DNA of 64,000 bases from Candidatus Micrarchaeota archaeon (GTDB lineage Archaea > Micrarchaeota > Micrarchaeia > Micrarchaeales > CABMGC01). Location of the stretch: NCBI GenBank assembly GCA_021801225.1, contig JAJYYF010000019.1, positions 5,494 to 69,493 on the forward strand, written 5' to 3'. Each line of letters starts with the position of its first letter. Position 1 is the first letter of the stretch. The notes under the pieces are model-generated. The model made no database searches. It saw only the letters and a list, made by a program, of their open reading frames with translations, and was not told the origin of the DNA. The translations under genes and the position numbers were made by a program. Shown one piece after another: positions 9,678-19,100 of the stretch.

Positions 9678-10703
9678 ATGAAAAAATATTTTTTTGTTAT
9701 TATTGCAATTATTATAGTAGTTACTGGTCTTTTTATTTTCTTAAATAATAATGTAAATACAAATAAAATAAATTTAACAAATTCAACTAAAACTTACTCT
9801 CAAAAATTTTGCATAAACGCTGCAAATAATAATACAGTTATGGATATCGCACTTTCTAATGGAATAAATTGTTTTAGAACAGATATCTCTTTTAGTAGCA
9901 GTAAAAATGCAACAATAATGAATGTAATTAATAATAACGGAGAGTATTTGGGTATTTTAGATTATCAAACGGTTAATGCACAGCCTTCACAGAATGGGTG
10001 TACCTCTGGTTGCAACTGGTCTTTAACAACTTGGAATAACAGCATTATTGAAGCACTTAAACAATATCCAAAAATTAATGAGTGGGAAATCTACAATGAA
10101 CCTTTAGTTAATGAATTCGAGAGCGGATATGAAAACGGCAGCGCTTTAAATTATTATAATATGATTAAATCTGCCTATGAAATAATTAAAAAGATAGAGC
10201 CAAACTCAACAATAGTTTGTTTCGGAGGCGCAGAGCTGTTTCCGCTAAGCGAGGTTCAGTATGAGTATTACTTTTATAAAAATGTCTGGGATTATGGTGC
10301 TAGCAAATACTGTGATGCAATATCCTTACACGCTTACAGCATTCCATTTTATAATTTAACACAGGATCCTTATCAAAATGTATCATTAAAGGAGGTTTAT
10401 AACTTCACAATTAATCTGTATGAAAATCTTACTAAAAAACCAATTTGGATAACTGAAACCGGAATACCATCAAATAACTGGACAGTTGGGGTAAATCTCT
10501 CTCAGCAAAAACAGGCATCATTTTTAACTCAAGAGTTTAACTTTTTCTCAAATTACTCTTTTATAAAAAGAATATATTGGTATGATTTAGTTGGAGGTAC
10601 TGGTGCAGGTGCAGATTTCGGATTATTAAATGCAAGTTCATTAAAACCAAAACCTGCATTTAATTCGTTTATTTACTTTGTAAAAAACAGTGAAGATAAG
10701 TAA
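9678..10703 (+). CDS. Membrane-anchored or secreted clan GH-A glycoside hydrolase-like protein
   Basis: N-terminal TM/signal anchor. Acid/base-like motif EIYNEP and nucleophile-like motif IWITETG. Many N-x-S/T sequons. Confidence 0.5.
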   Translation: MKKYFFVIIAIIIVVTGLFIFLNNNVNTNKINLTNSTKTYSQKFCINAANNNTVMDIALSNGINCFRTDISFSSSKNATIMNVINNNGEYLGILDYQTVNAQPSQNGCTSGCNWSLTTWNNSIIEALKQYPKINEWEIYNEPLVNEFESGYENGSALNYYNMIKSAYEIIKKIEPNSTIVCFGGAELFPLSEVQYEYYFYKNVWDYGASKYCDAISLHAYSIPFYNLTQDPYQNVSLKEVYNFTINLYENLTKKPIWITETGIPSNNWTVGVNLSQQKQASFLTQEFNFFSNYSFIKRIYWYDLVGGTGAGADFGLLNASSLKPKPAFNSFIYFVKNSEDK

Positions 10704-10848
10704 GCTATGCACCTTTAAAAAATGTAAAAAAAGATTAAATGTTTAATCTAAGATTCCGGATTAAATTAATAGTCTTGTTAATCAATAACTTTAAATACAT
10801 TAACGTACAAAACTTTAAAATATAACTAGGTTATAATTAGTGCTTAAA

Positions 10849-11604
10849 ATGTCAAATTTTATATTAACAGTGTTATTCTCATTCATAATGGGTTTTTCGA
10901 TTTATCTATCTATGCCGTTAATTCTAAGAAAAAAAACAAGTAAAAAACTGATGTATCTATTAAATGCTATTGCAATAGGCATACTTATTTTTTTAATATC
11001 AGATATATTTTCAGATGCTACAACTTTTTTATATAATGGTAACTCTTTATTTGGTTATGGAGCAAATCCTGTTATAGGTATAATTTTTGCCATTGCATTA
11101 ACTTTGGGCTTCTTTATGCTTTATTTTTTTGAGAAGAATCCAAAAGGAGGCAGTACCGCAACTAAGTTGTCTTTGATGATTGCCATAGGTATAGGATTAC
11201 AGAATCTTACCGAAGGTTTAGTATTTGGTTCTTTATCTGCAAACATAGGGTTACTTTCTGGTGCAGCTTTGGTAGTTTTGATAGGTTTTATATTACAAAA
11301 TATAACTGAGGGATTTCCAATAGTTGCGCCTTTGTTAAGAGAGGAAGAAAGAAATCCTTGGAAGATATTAATACTTCTTTTAATAGGAGGGTTACCTACT
11401 GTTATTGGAGGAGTATTTGGTTTTTACTATAGCTCATCAGTATTTGAGGTTTTTTTTGATGGACTTGCCATAGGCGCTATACTTTATGTATTAATACCTA
11501 TGATAAAACATCAATTAAAAGAACTTGATATTTTAGGCCACAAAATTTTATACATAGGTATATTTTTAGGTTTTTTAATCGGATTTTTGGTAAATCTTAT
11601 TTAA
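10849..11604 (+). CDS. ZIP-family-like metal transporter
   Basis: Polytopic membrane protein with paired motifs GLQNLTEGL and LQNITEGF, resembling the HNxxEG motifs of ZIP/ZupT. Confidence 0.45.
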   Translation: MSNFILTVLFSFIMGFSIYLSMPLILRKKTSKKLMYLLNAIAIGILIFLISDIFSDATTFLYNGNSLFGYGANPVIGIIFAIALTLGFFMLYFFEKNPKGGSTATKLSLMIAIGIGLQNLTEGLVFGSLSANIGLLSGAALVVLIGFILQNITEGFPIVAPLLREEERNPWKILILLLIGGLPTVIGGVFGFYYSSSVFEVFFDGLAIGAILYVLIPMIKHQLKELDILGHKILYIGIFLGFLIGFLVNLI

Positions 11605-11702
11605 TTTTTTAAAGTAAGTTAACGTTTAATTATAAATTTTATATTTATGAAATATACAATACATTTAAACATTTTCTTATTTAATTAGGTTTGGTGTAAA
11701 AA

Positions 11703-12326
11703 ATGATCTTCGTTGATGAAACAAAGAAAGCAATAGACATAATTTTGCTTAAAGATAAAAATCCGAAAGCAATGAGCGTTGCACAATGTTTAGGATTTTA
11801 CTATAAAGCTTCGTTAATTCCGTTGATACTTGCCGTAATAGTTGCTGCTTTAATCAGTACTGCATTTGTAGGAACAATTGGAGCATTGTTAACAACCGTA
11901 GCTAGTAATTCTCACCTAGGATCATTAATTGGATTATTTGGTACTGCAGTAACTTTAGTAATAGTAGTATTAGTAGTTGTATATTTTTGGATACTTATGC
12001 CTTTAGGACTTCTTATTGATGCTTTAATTTATCACATTTTTGGTAAATTATTAAAACAATTCAAGCAAGGTTATAATGCAACATTCAATGCAATGGTATA
12101 CGCAAGCATGGTCTATATATTACTGTTCTTCCTTCTTGGAATACCTATTGTTGGAGCCATAGTGGGATTAATAATTTTTATATGGAGTTTAGTTAGTATC
12201 ATTGTATGGATGGGAAGATTCCAGAAAATAAGTTGGGTAATGTCCCTAGTAGTTTTAATTGTTACCTGGGTAGTGGTAGTTATAATATTCCTATTACTTG
12301 CAGGAATAGCTACTAAATTAATATAA
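11703..12326 (+). CDS. Integral membrane protein, unknown function
   Basis: ATG-initiated ORF with about five hydrophobic helices. Confidence 0.5.
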   Translation: MIFVDETKKAIDIILLKDKNPKAMSVAQCLGFYYKASLIPLILAVIVAALISTAFVGTIGALLTTVASNSHLGSLIGLFGTAVTLVIVVLVVVYFWILMPLGLLIDALIYHIFGKLLKQFKQGYNATFNAMVYASMVYILLFFLLGIPIVGAIVGLIIFIWSLVSIIVWMGRFQKISWVMSLVVLIVTWVVVVIIFLLLAGIATKLI

Positions 12327-12382
12327 AAACTTATTACTCTGTAGAAATACTCTTGTAAAGTTGTTAATTTCTTTTATTTTTA

Positions 12383-13165
12383 TTATCTTTTTATTATTTT
12401 TAAATGTGTATTATAAAGTTCTGGGTTTTCAATACGATTAATGATTAACTCTGATATTGAACCGTAATTTTCTATACACCAGTCTATTGCTTCTTTGTGT
12501 TTTTGTTTATAAAATTCTTTATTCACGTTTTCAGCGTAATTAAGCGCAAACAACCATAGCTCGCTATGGCTAAATTGATAATTTATAGAATTATTATTCT
12601 TAAGCGCCAAGTTTAAACCTTTAACATAGTTGCTAAATGCATCTGAAACGAATCTATACACATTTTCTTCTGATTTATTAATATCTAACTTTCCGTTTTC
12701 GTCTTTATGCATTAATTTATTTTTTCGCATTATCGTTTGAAAAAATTCAGGTAATTTCCCTTTTTTAGTAAAAATTATACCTCCGAAATGAGCTAATATT
12801 ACCGCGTGTTCATATTTTTCATTATTTATTAATAAATCTAAAACTAATGTTTTTTCTAAGTTACTCATTTTTTTAAATTCTCCGAATTCACTTATTACAT
12901 ATATAAATTTATTCAGATCATCTTGTTCGTTTGTACCTTTTCCTTTTATCGTAGCCTCTCCGAAAATTTTTTTATACTCATCAGGTGCTAACCTACCCAG
13001 CACTCTGTGCGTGAGTTTTTTAGGTAAGTTTTGAGCATTACATAAGTATTTAACAACATCTTCTACAGTACTTTTTATATTTGTATCTACCTCTTTATCC
13101 TTAGCTTTAATGTTGCTGTTTACGTTTGAGTTCCTTTCGGCTGTTATTTTATTCATAAAATTCAC
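12383..13165 (-). CDS. Hypothetical protein
   Basis: Long ATG ORF in an AT-rich genome. I recognise no motif. Confidence 0.45.
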   Translation of the reverse strand: MNFMNKITAERNSNVNSNIKAKDKEVDTNIKSTVEDVVKYLCNAQNLPKKLTHRVLGRLAPDEYKKIFGEATIKGKGTNEQDDLNKFIYVISEFGEFKKMSNLEKTLVLDLLINNEKYEHAVILAHFGGIIFTKKGKLPEFFQTIMRKNKLMHKDENGKLDINKSEENVYRFVSDAFSNYVKGLNLALKNNNSINYQFSHSELWLFALNYAENVNKEFYKQKHKEAIDWCIENYGSISELIINRIENPELYNTHLKIIKR

Positions 13166-13379
13166 TTTAATTCACTTTTAAATTAAAATAAACATAGAGC
13201 ATACGCTCTAAGTTAAATTCAATAGGGGATTATTATTATGATTAAATAGATATATATACCTTATTATTTTTCGAATTGTCGTACTAAAGTCTGTTTTTTT
13301 TCAATTGTCCTATTTAGTTATAGTCAAAAAATACCAAAAGAATACTACACATTTTATTGTTTTTATACCTAAATATATT

Positions 13380-14432
13380 CTATACGCTTCTTAGATAATG
13401 TTTAGGAAATACCATTTTTGCAGACCATTCAAAGTTTTTATCAAGGATACCTGTGCTTTTGCACAGATTGAAAGTCTCTTCGGCAAATTCAAGATGTTCC
13501 TTTAGGTTTTTATTCTTCACAAATGACGTATGCATGTCCTTTTCTCCAATTTCAAATACATGCATAACAGCCCAGACAAACTGTTCATATCTTATTAACG
13601 GGGTAAATATTTGTATTCTCTGCTTTAGGGTTTTATCTTTTCTTATTTTGAGATAAGTTTTCAGAAATAGTCTCCTTTGTTCATCTGAAAATTTGATTCT
13701 GCCAAAGGCTTCAAAAATCTTTGTGATTTCAGCTGCCGGATCTCCTAGACCTACGCTCTCCCAATCGATTAATACAAGCTGGTTATTATTTACTAAGACG
13801 TTCTGTTCACAAATATCTCCATGTATTAAGCAACGCTTATTTTGGTATTTTGGAGTTTCAAGAGAAGCTTTGATTTTACTAAGCGTATTATCCATAATTC
13901 TGATAAATTTATCATTTCTCTCAAAATACTTAGCCCTTTTAATTTTGATATACTCTATATTGTTTTTTATACCTGTTAACCAAGAAGCGTATGTAGGTCT
14001 CTCTATATTTAGCTTCAATTTATTCACATGCAGCAGGTGGAGCTCAGCAACAATCACTGCCAATTTTTCGATTGTTCTCCGATTCAATTTCTTTAGGTGC
14101 TTATTAAGTGTATGGCCGGGCAGGTATTCTAAAATAATAAATGTTTCATTTATGACTTTTCTTGAATCGTCCAAAAATAATGCTCGTGGTGCAATTTTTA
14201 AGTGCTCTATTGTTTTCAGAGCGACAAATTCCTCCCTAGACTTATTTGGCATCTTCGGATCCATATTGATCCTGATTACAAATTTCTTTTTGTTCAATAC
14301 AGCAATGTAATTTAGATTACTTTCACCAAACTCCAGAGATTTTAATTTAATGCTTTTTAGTTTACCCTCTAAACCTAATAATTTAAGATCAAGTCCAAGC
14401 AAGTACTTTTTCAGTTTTGTTTCTAAATTCAT
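13380..14432 (-). CDS. Aminoglycoside/choline-kinase-like phosphotransferase (APH fold)
   Basis: Catalytic loop LIHGDICEQNVLV and IDWES (Brenner-type HxDxxxxN ... D). I place the start at the internal ATG because the upstream 26 codons read through the casposon scar, target duplication and TIR repeats. Confidence 0.7.
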   Translation of the reverse strand: MNLETKLKKYLLGLDLKLLGLEGKLKSIKLKSLEFGESNLNYIAVLNKKKFVIRINMDPKMPNKSREEFVALKTIEHLKIAPRALFLDDSRKVINETFIILEYLPGHTLNKHLKKLNRRTIEKLAVIVAELHLLHVNKLKLNIERPTYASWLTGIKNNIEYIKIKRAKYFERNDKFIRIMDNTLSKIKASLETPKYQNKRCLIHGDICEQNVLVNNNQLVLIDWESVGLGDPAAEITKIFEAFGRIKFSDEQRRLFLKTYLKIRKDKTLKQRIQIFTPLIRYEQFVWAVMHVFEIGEKDMHTSFVKNKNLKEHLEFAEETFNLCKSTGILDKNFEWSAKMVFPKHYLRSV

Positions 14433-14443
14433 AGACTTCCAGT

Positions 14444-14456
14444 TTGTATAAATGCC
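14444..14456. repeat. Third, slightly diverged copy of the casposon target sequence (TTGTATAAATGCC)
   Basis: 12 of 13 identical to the two target-duplication copies at 14475-14487 and 25227-25239. Confidence 0.7.
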
Positions 14457-14474
14457 GGGGTTATATATAACCCC
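14457..14474. repeat. 18-bp perfect palindrome GGGGTTATATATAACCCC, formed by the left TIR tip fused to the right TIR tip (putative casposon scar)
   Basis: The first 13 nt equal the left TIR start (14488-14500). The last 14 nt equal the right TIR end (TTATATATAACCCC). Confidence 0.7.
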
Positions 14475-14487
14475 TTGTATAAATGCT
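14475..14487. repeat. Target-site duplication, left copy (TTGTATAAATGCT; 14 bp if the preceding C is included)
   Basis: Exact direct repeat of 25227-25239, immediately abutting the left TIR. Confidence 0.85.
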
Positions 14488-14540
14488 GGGGTTATATATA
14501 GAAGCCTCAAATGTCCCCCTTTTCTAACATAGTTTTAGCA
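14488..14540. repeat. Casposon left terminal inverted repeat
   Basis: GGGGTTATATATAGAAGCCTCAAATGTCCCCCTTTTCTAACATAGTTTTAGCA matches the reverse complement of 25173-25226, with 3 substitutions and a 1-nt G-run difference. Confidence 0.9.
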
Positions 14541-14705
14541 TGGAAACGGTCGCTGTCGCCCAGATTCATGAATGGGAAGCAAAGAAAAAATCCCTTTTGT
14601 GAAAATGTTTATAAATTTTGAAGATCCCCAAAATGAAGTTAAGGACTTTTGTCCAAAATCTCTATTACAAGAAAGTATTTAAATAAGTATTCCCTAATCT
14701 TTTTT

Positions 14706-15392
14706 ATGATAGCTGAAAAAGAGATAACAAAAACATTCCTAAAAGCAATTTCTGAAACTTTTAAAGCATATAATGAAAGGGGAGCAAGAAGCAATAAAAA
14801 ACTTATACCAATTCATAAATGGTTTGCTAAATATTTGGAAAATAATCTTGGAAATGGATACTCTGTGATGAGTTTAGGTAATGGTGGAGAAGCAAATATA
14901 AACGGAAAATATTACCCTAAAAATTTGGATATAACTGTTTTGAAAAGTGGGAAGATTTTAACTACCATTAGTTTTAAATTTGTAACCTCTAATTATAAAC
15001 AAAATGCCAACAATTACTTTGAGAATTTATTAGGCGAAACTGCAAATATTCGTAGAGTTAATGTTGGTTTTGCACATTTTTTAGTTCTTAGAGCTAAAAC
15101 CCCATATTATGATAAGAATAAAGGTAATTTAAGAGGAAAAACCATAAAAATAGAGACTATAAACGACCACGATTTATCAAAATATGTCAAATTATTCCAA
15201 GATAATGACTTCCCTCATAAACCAGATGTTTTAGGAATATCTATATTAGATTTTAATGAAAATGGAAAACCATCAATCACAAATTTGGAAAGATTTGGTA
15301 TATCAAAATCTAATTCAGATATTTTAAATAAAGAATTAGGGTTGAAAAAGTTTTTAGATAGATTTATTGCTCTTTGTGAATTAAAGAATTAA
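14706..15392 (+). CDS. Putative type II restriction endonuclease (casposon cargo)
   Basis: It converges on the adjacent N6-adenine methyltransferase and overlaps its 3' end by 29 nt. Possible PD-(D/E)xK-like core (NLDITV...ISFKFV). I recognise no family match. Confidence 0.4.
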   Translation: MIAEKEITKTFLKAISETFKAYNERGARSNKKLIPIHKWFAKYLENNLGNGYSVMSLGNGGEANINGKYYPKNLDITVLKSGKILTTISFKFVTSNYKQNANNYFENLLGETANIRRVNVGFAHFLVLRAKTPYYDKNKGNLRGKTIKIETINDHDLSKYVKLFQDNDFPHKPDVLGISILDFNENGKPSITNLERFGISKSNSDILNKELGLKKFLDRFIALCELKN

Positions 15393-16890
15393 TAATAATT
15401 TTTTGATGGTTTAATTCATTTGTAGGATAATTTTTTATTTGTTTGCTTGTTACTGATTTGTAACCCCCAGAAAAATCTTTCCCTGTAATTTGAATATACT
15501 TATAAAAATCTTCTGAACTCAAAATATTGGTAATAATATCCCAATTTATTTCTTTTTTCTTCTTAATAATAAATATTCCAGAATAAACAAAAATGTCTTC
15601 TTTTAACTTATAGAAGTTTATTCTATGATTAACTAATGTGCTTAATACGATCTTTTCATTATAAGAAGTTTGGATCCCTTGACTTCTCCCAAATTCATAC
15701 CAAGAAGCATCCTCATCAATATCTCTTTTTAGTAATTCTTCTTTATTTTCTAATAAATAGTTGTAAGCATTTGAATAATATTTTTTTAATTCTTCTTCAG
15801 GAATTGGAATAAAACGATTAGCTTGTCTTTTGTATGGAAATAAAATATGTTTAATTTCTTTTTCGTTTCCTTTGTAAGTAGAACCTTTAACAACTTTATA
15901 CAATATTTTCTTTTCAATCCACTTATTATTAAATAAAACTAAAGTATCTTTTTCTTTAGTTACTTCCCCAATATAGATTTTATCCCTCAATGTTGCAAAA
16001 CCATATTGAACATCAAAAAAATCTGAAACTTTTTTATTTGTGTTTGAATAAAGATTTTTCAAAAAATCCATTTCTTTATTTCCAGAAAAAGACCAATCCT
16101 TTATTTCTAAGTTATTATAGTTAACCTTATTCACTTCTTGTATTTTATTATTCATTAATTCCTGATAAACAAAATAATCTTTTTTTTCAAAAAAGTTTAT
16201 TATGGTTATGGCAGTGTAGGTGGAAAAATTTTTGAAAACCTTATTTGCTTTAAAATCAGTTAATCTTTTTACTACTCTTTTTTCTTTTAAATACTTTCTA
16301 AATTCAACATAAGAAGAATTATGCAGGTAACTATTTGGAGTGATATACCCCAAAATTCCTTTTTCATTTAATAATTTAAATCCTAATTCAAAAAAAGAAA
16401 TATAAATATCTATTGTTCCATTTGAAAAGATAAACTCTTTCTTGAGTAAATCTCTTGTTTTTTTATCTAAATTATGTATTCTTATATATGGCGGATTTCC
16501 TACGACAAAATCAAAAAAATTCATATATTCTTTATATTTTGTTAAGGTATTATCTTTAAATATTTTCCAATTAATATTTAGTTTTCTGTCTAATTTATTT
16601 TCAATTAAATGATTTAAATTAGATAAACATTTATTAAATTCTATCTCATCAATTTCTATGCCATAAACATAATCCTCTAAATACTCTTTTATCTTCTCTT
16701 TGGGATATTTTTTATTTAGTAGAGTATCAATAATTCTTGAAACTATTATTTTTAGAAAAGCACCATCACCACAAGCAGGGTCTATTATCTTTTTATTTAT
16801 TAAATTATTATTAGAGAAACCAGAAGAATCTAATATTTCTTCTACTATCCAGTCTGGAGTAAATACTTGTCCTAATGTCTTATGTTTCAT
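15364..16890 (-). CDS. N6-adenine DNA methyltransferase, gamma class (TaqI/Eco57I-like), casposon cargo
   Basis: Motif X-like GQVFTP, motif I IIDPACGDGAFL, motif IV VGNPPYIRI, then a long target-recognition region. I place the start at internal Met66. The ORF continues upstream to 17085 through a fragment resembling a different methyltransferase class. Confidence 0.8.
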   Translation of the reverse strand: MKHKTLGQVFTPDWIVEEILDSSGFSNNNLINKKIIDPACGDGAFLKIIVSRIIDTLLNKKYPKEKIKEYLEDYVYGIEIDEIEFNKCLSNLNHLIENKLDRKLNINWKIFKDNTLTKYKEYMNFFDFVVGNPPYIRIHNLDKKTRDLLKKEFIFSNGTIDIYISFFELGFKLLNEKGILGYITPNSYLHNSSYVEFRKYLKEKRVVKRLTDFKANKVFKNFSTYTAITIINFFEKKDYFVYQELMNNKIQEVNKVNYNNLEIKDWSFSGNKEMDFLKNLYSNTNKKVSDFFDVQYGFATLRDKIYIGEVTKEKDTLVLFNNKWIEKKILYKVVKGSTYKGNEKEIKHILFPYKRQANRFIPIPEEELKKYYSNAYNYLLENKEELLKRDIDEDASWYEFGRSQGIQTSYNEKIVLSTLVNHRINFYKLKEDIFVYSGIFIIKKKKEINWDIITNILSSEDFYKYIQITGKDFSGGYKSVTSKQIKNYPTNELNHQKIIINSLIHKEQ

Positions 16891-17239
16891 TGTATCCCCT
16901 ATTTTATTTTCTTGTTTAGGTTTATCCTGATAAGCAGGAGAAGTTATTATAGTATCTATTTGTGCATTATTTTCTTTGAAATAGTGAAATTTATCTATTG
17001 CATCTCCAATCAATATTATCGGGTTGTTATCTTTATTAAATTGTATATCTTTTGAAAGTTTATTTTTAGGCATAAATATCACCATTTATTGCATACAGCA
17101 TCCGCTAACAAATACGTTCTTACTTTACTACCTTCACCCAGAAACAGTCGGCTATTTGTATAGCGTTGCCATAACGCAATTTTTGTAGTTATTTTATGTA
17201 AATAAAAGTTTATATACTTTAGTATCATTCAATCAGCTA

Positions 17240-17902
17240 TTATTTTTGTAATTTCGTTCCGCACTTCGGGCAATAGTTTCCTCTAGAAGGATTTTGTTTA
17301 CCGCACTTCGGGCATTTTACTTTATTGGGTTTTTTGTTGTTTCCCGACTGCCATTTCAAATTATATAAATCAATGGCTCTTGGTATTGTAAATTTAGTAT
17401 CGAGTGAGTGAAATTTGCCATCCATATACAAATTCTGCATCAATCGCATAAAATTGATATAGCCTTCTGCCGTTTTGTCGATCTTGCCAATAATCTTATC
17501 ATTTTTGTAAGTCTTACTATAATGTTTTATTATACCATTATCCCACATTACAAAGACATCTGGCTTTAATAGATGCATGACTTTTGTAGCCCCAACTTGT
17601 TTTATCCCAGAATTTGATATCGTATTATAGATTCTCATTATCCTTTCTACTGTTTTTTTATCGTCTAATCTAATGTCCTTGAAAGACTTTTTATTGAAGA
17701 AAACAAAGTCCTCTTTCTCTAAATTAGCCAAGTCTCTTTTGAAGTTCTTTAAATTGAAAGATGTTAATATGAATCTGAAATAAGCAAAATTCCATGTTGA
17801 AAGAAGCAAAATTATTGATTCGTACTCGTGTCCTTCTTTGTAGAGGTCTAATGCCCACCTGTATACTTCCTCTCTAATCTCGTCTTTTTTAGTATTTGAC
17901 AT
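17240..17902 (-). CDS. Hypothetical protein with a C-terminal double zinc ribbon, last gene of the cas1 operon
   Basis: CPKCGKQ...YCPKCGTK at the C-terminus. The start overlaps the cas1 stop by 14 nt. Confidence 0.5.
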   Translation of the reverse strand: MSNTKKDEIREEVYRWALDLYKEGHEYESIILLLSTWNFAYFRFILTSFNLKNFKRDLANLEKEDFVFFNKKSFKDIRLDDKKTVERIMRIYNTISNSGIKQVGATKVMHLLKPDVFVMWDNGIIKHYSKTYKNDKIIGKIDKTAEGYINFMRLMQNLYMDGKFHSLDTKFTIPRAIDLYNLKWQSGNNKKPNKVKCPKCGKQNPSRGNYCPKCGTKLQK

Positions 17903-19100
17903 TTAATTTACCCATAACCTTGCCATAAACCTTGATTCTCTTGCCTTCTCTTACGTGTTTCTGCATATACCACAGAGTTGACTTATTTATACTTAACTTC
18001 TTGCGGTCTTGTAGTGTTAGGCTCAGTACCTTACTGCGAATATCTGTGTTGTCCTCTCGCTTTATCTTGAACTCAGGTACGTCGAATTGAAGCTTGCTGG
18101 ACTTACCAATTATGTAGTTAGCCAGCAACCTAATGTTTTCATATAAGATATTCTGGTAGCTGTAGTATTTGCCATTGTAGAACGCTCTGGCATTGAAGTT
18201 CAGTCTTATCTTCTCGATTAGTGCTTTTGCTGTACTCTCTCTAAGCCTTATGTTGTAGTTCTCCGTTACGATAAAGTCCGCCTTCTTCAGCTTCTTTTCC
18301 TCTAGTAGCTGTATCACCGATAGGTCTACCAGCCACCTATAAAGCTCTTGAACGTCATACACAAGTGAGGCTCTGCTATTCGATAGCTCATGCAAGAAGC
18401 TTATCGATGGATCAAGACCTATGGAATTGAGGTCTTTTCTCACTTCTGATTCCAGCACCGCATAGCCGTAGTTCAGCAAGGCGTTAATCTCATCAGAGGC
18501 ATTGCGGTTATGCGAGTTCAGAACGTTGTTTCTGCTAACGAACTTGAACTCTGGACATAACTTATTGAACGCCTTTAGAATCTGCGACCAATAAATATCG
18601 GCGATTCTGCCTTCATACATCATAAGGTTGCGGTAATCATAAGTAGTCTTCAATTTGAACATGGATTCTTTATTCGACTCTGAACTTATTGTATTGGTAT
18701 CAATCTCTCTATAGTACTTTGATAGCTCGGTTAGCAGATTTATCGACTGCTTAACCTTCTCTTTGACTATCGGATAAGCAACGCTGTACCGTCTTTTGCT
18801 ATCCTGATATGCCTCATACTGCCTTAGCCTCAGTTTACTTGATAACGTTTCTTTAGGCAACGTAACGCTTAGCAGATTGCCGTTCCAGTTGAGCATTGTG
18901 ATAGGGATATTGTGCTTTACCAGCCATCGCATAGCCTCAAAGCTTATGCTACCAGTATGCCCGTCTACTATTACAGAATCGTGCTTTATCTGGTGCGGAT
19001 AGTATTCGTATCGCTCATTGTCCAGCTTGTTCTGAATGATTAGCCGACGCTTGTCTACGCTTATGTTCGTTCCGAATCCAGAGATCAGTAGTGGGTTCAT
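17889..19100 (-). CDS. cas1: Cas1-family integrase (casposase)
   Basis: Cas1 signature LNYGYAVLESEV...IGLDPSISFLHE...SLVYDVQELYRWLVD, with conserved E/H/D-E positions. There is a C-terminal basic HTH-like tail. The ATG overlaps the upstream stop (ATGA). Confidence 0.9.
   Translation of the reverse strand: MNPLLISGFGTNISVDKRRLIIQNKLDNERYEYYPHQIKHDSVIVDGHTGSISFEAMRWLVKHNIPITMLNWNGNLLSVTLPKETLSSKLRLRQYEAYQDSKRRYSVAYPIVKEKVKQSINLLTELSKYYREIDTNTISSESNKESMFKLKTTYDYRNLMMYEGRIADIYWSQILKAFNKLCPEFKFVSRNNVLNSHNRNASDEINALLNYGYAVLESEVRKDLNSIGLDPSISFLHELSNSRASLVYDVQELYRWLVDLSVIQLLEEKKLKKADFIVTENYNIRLRESTAKALIEKIRLNFNARAFYNGKYYSYQNILYENIRLLANYIIGKSSKLQFDVPEFKIKREDNTDIRSKVLSLTLQDRKKLSINKSTLWYMQKHVREGKRIKVYGKVMGKLNVKY

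Noticed and set aside
13693-14310. The 205-aa plus-strand ORF, and many similar antisense ORFs (e.g. 1374-1565, 4474-4725, 6224-6451, 26152-26505, 36603-36965, 42945-43247, 44911-45288, 47871-48260, 61869-62192)
   Set aside because: Each is fully embedded antisense or out of frame within a gene with strong conserved motifs. The translations are low complexity with no recognisable motif.
14433-14510. N-terminal 26 codons of the listed ORF 13380..14510 (MRLLYITPAFIQGVIYNPGIYTNWKS)
   Set aside because: This stretch is translated from the casposon target copies, the scar palindrome and the first bases of the left TIR. The kinase-like protein starts sensibly at the internal ATG (14432).
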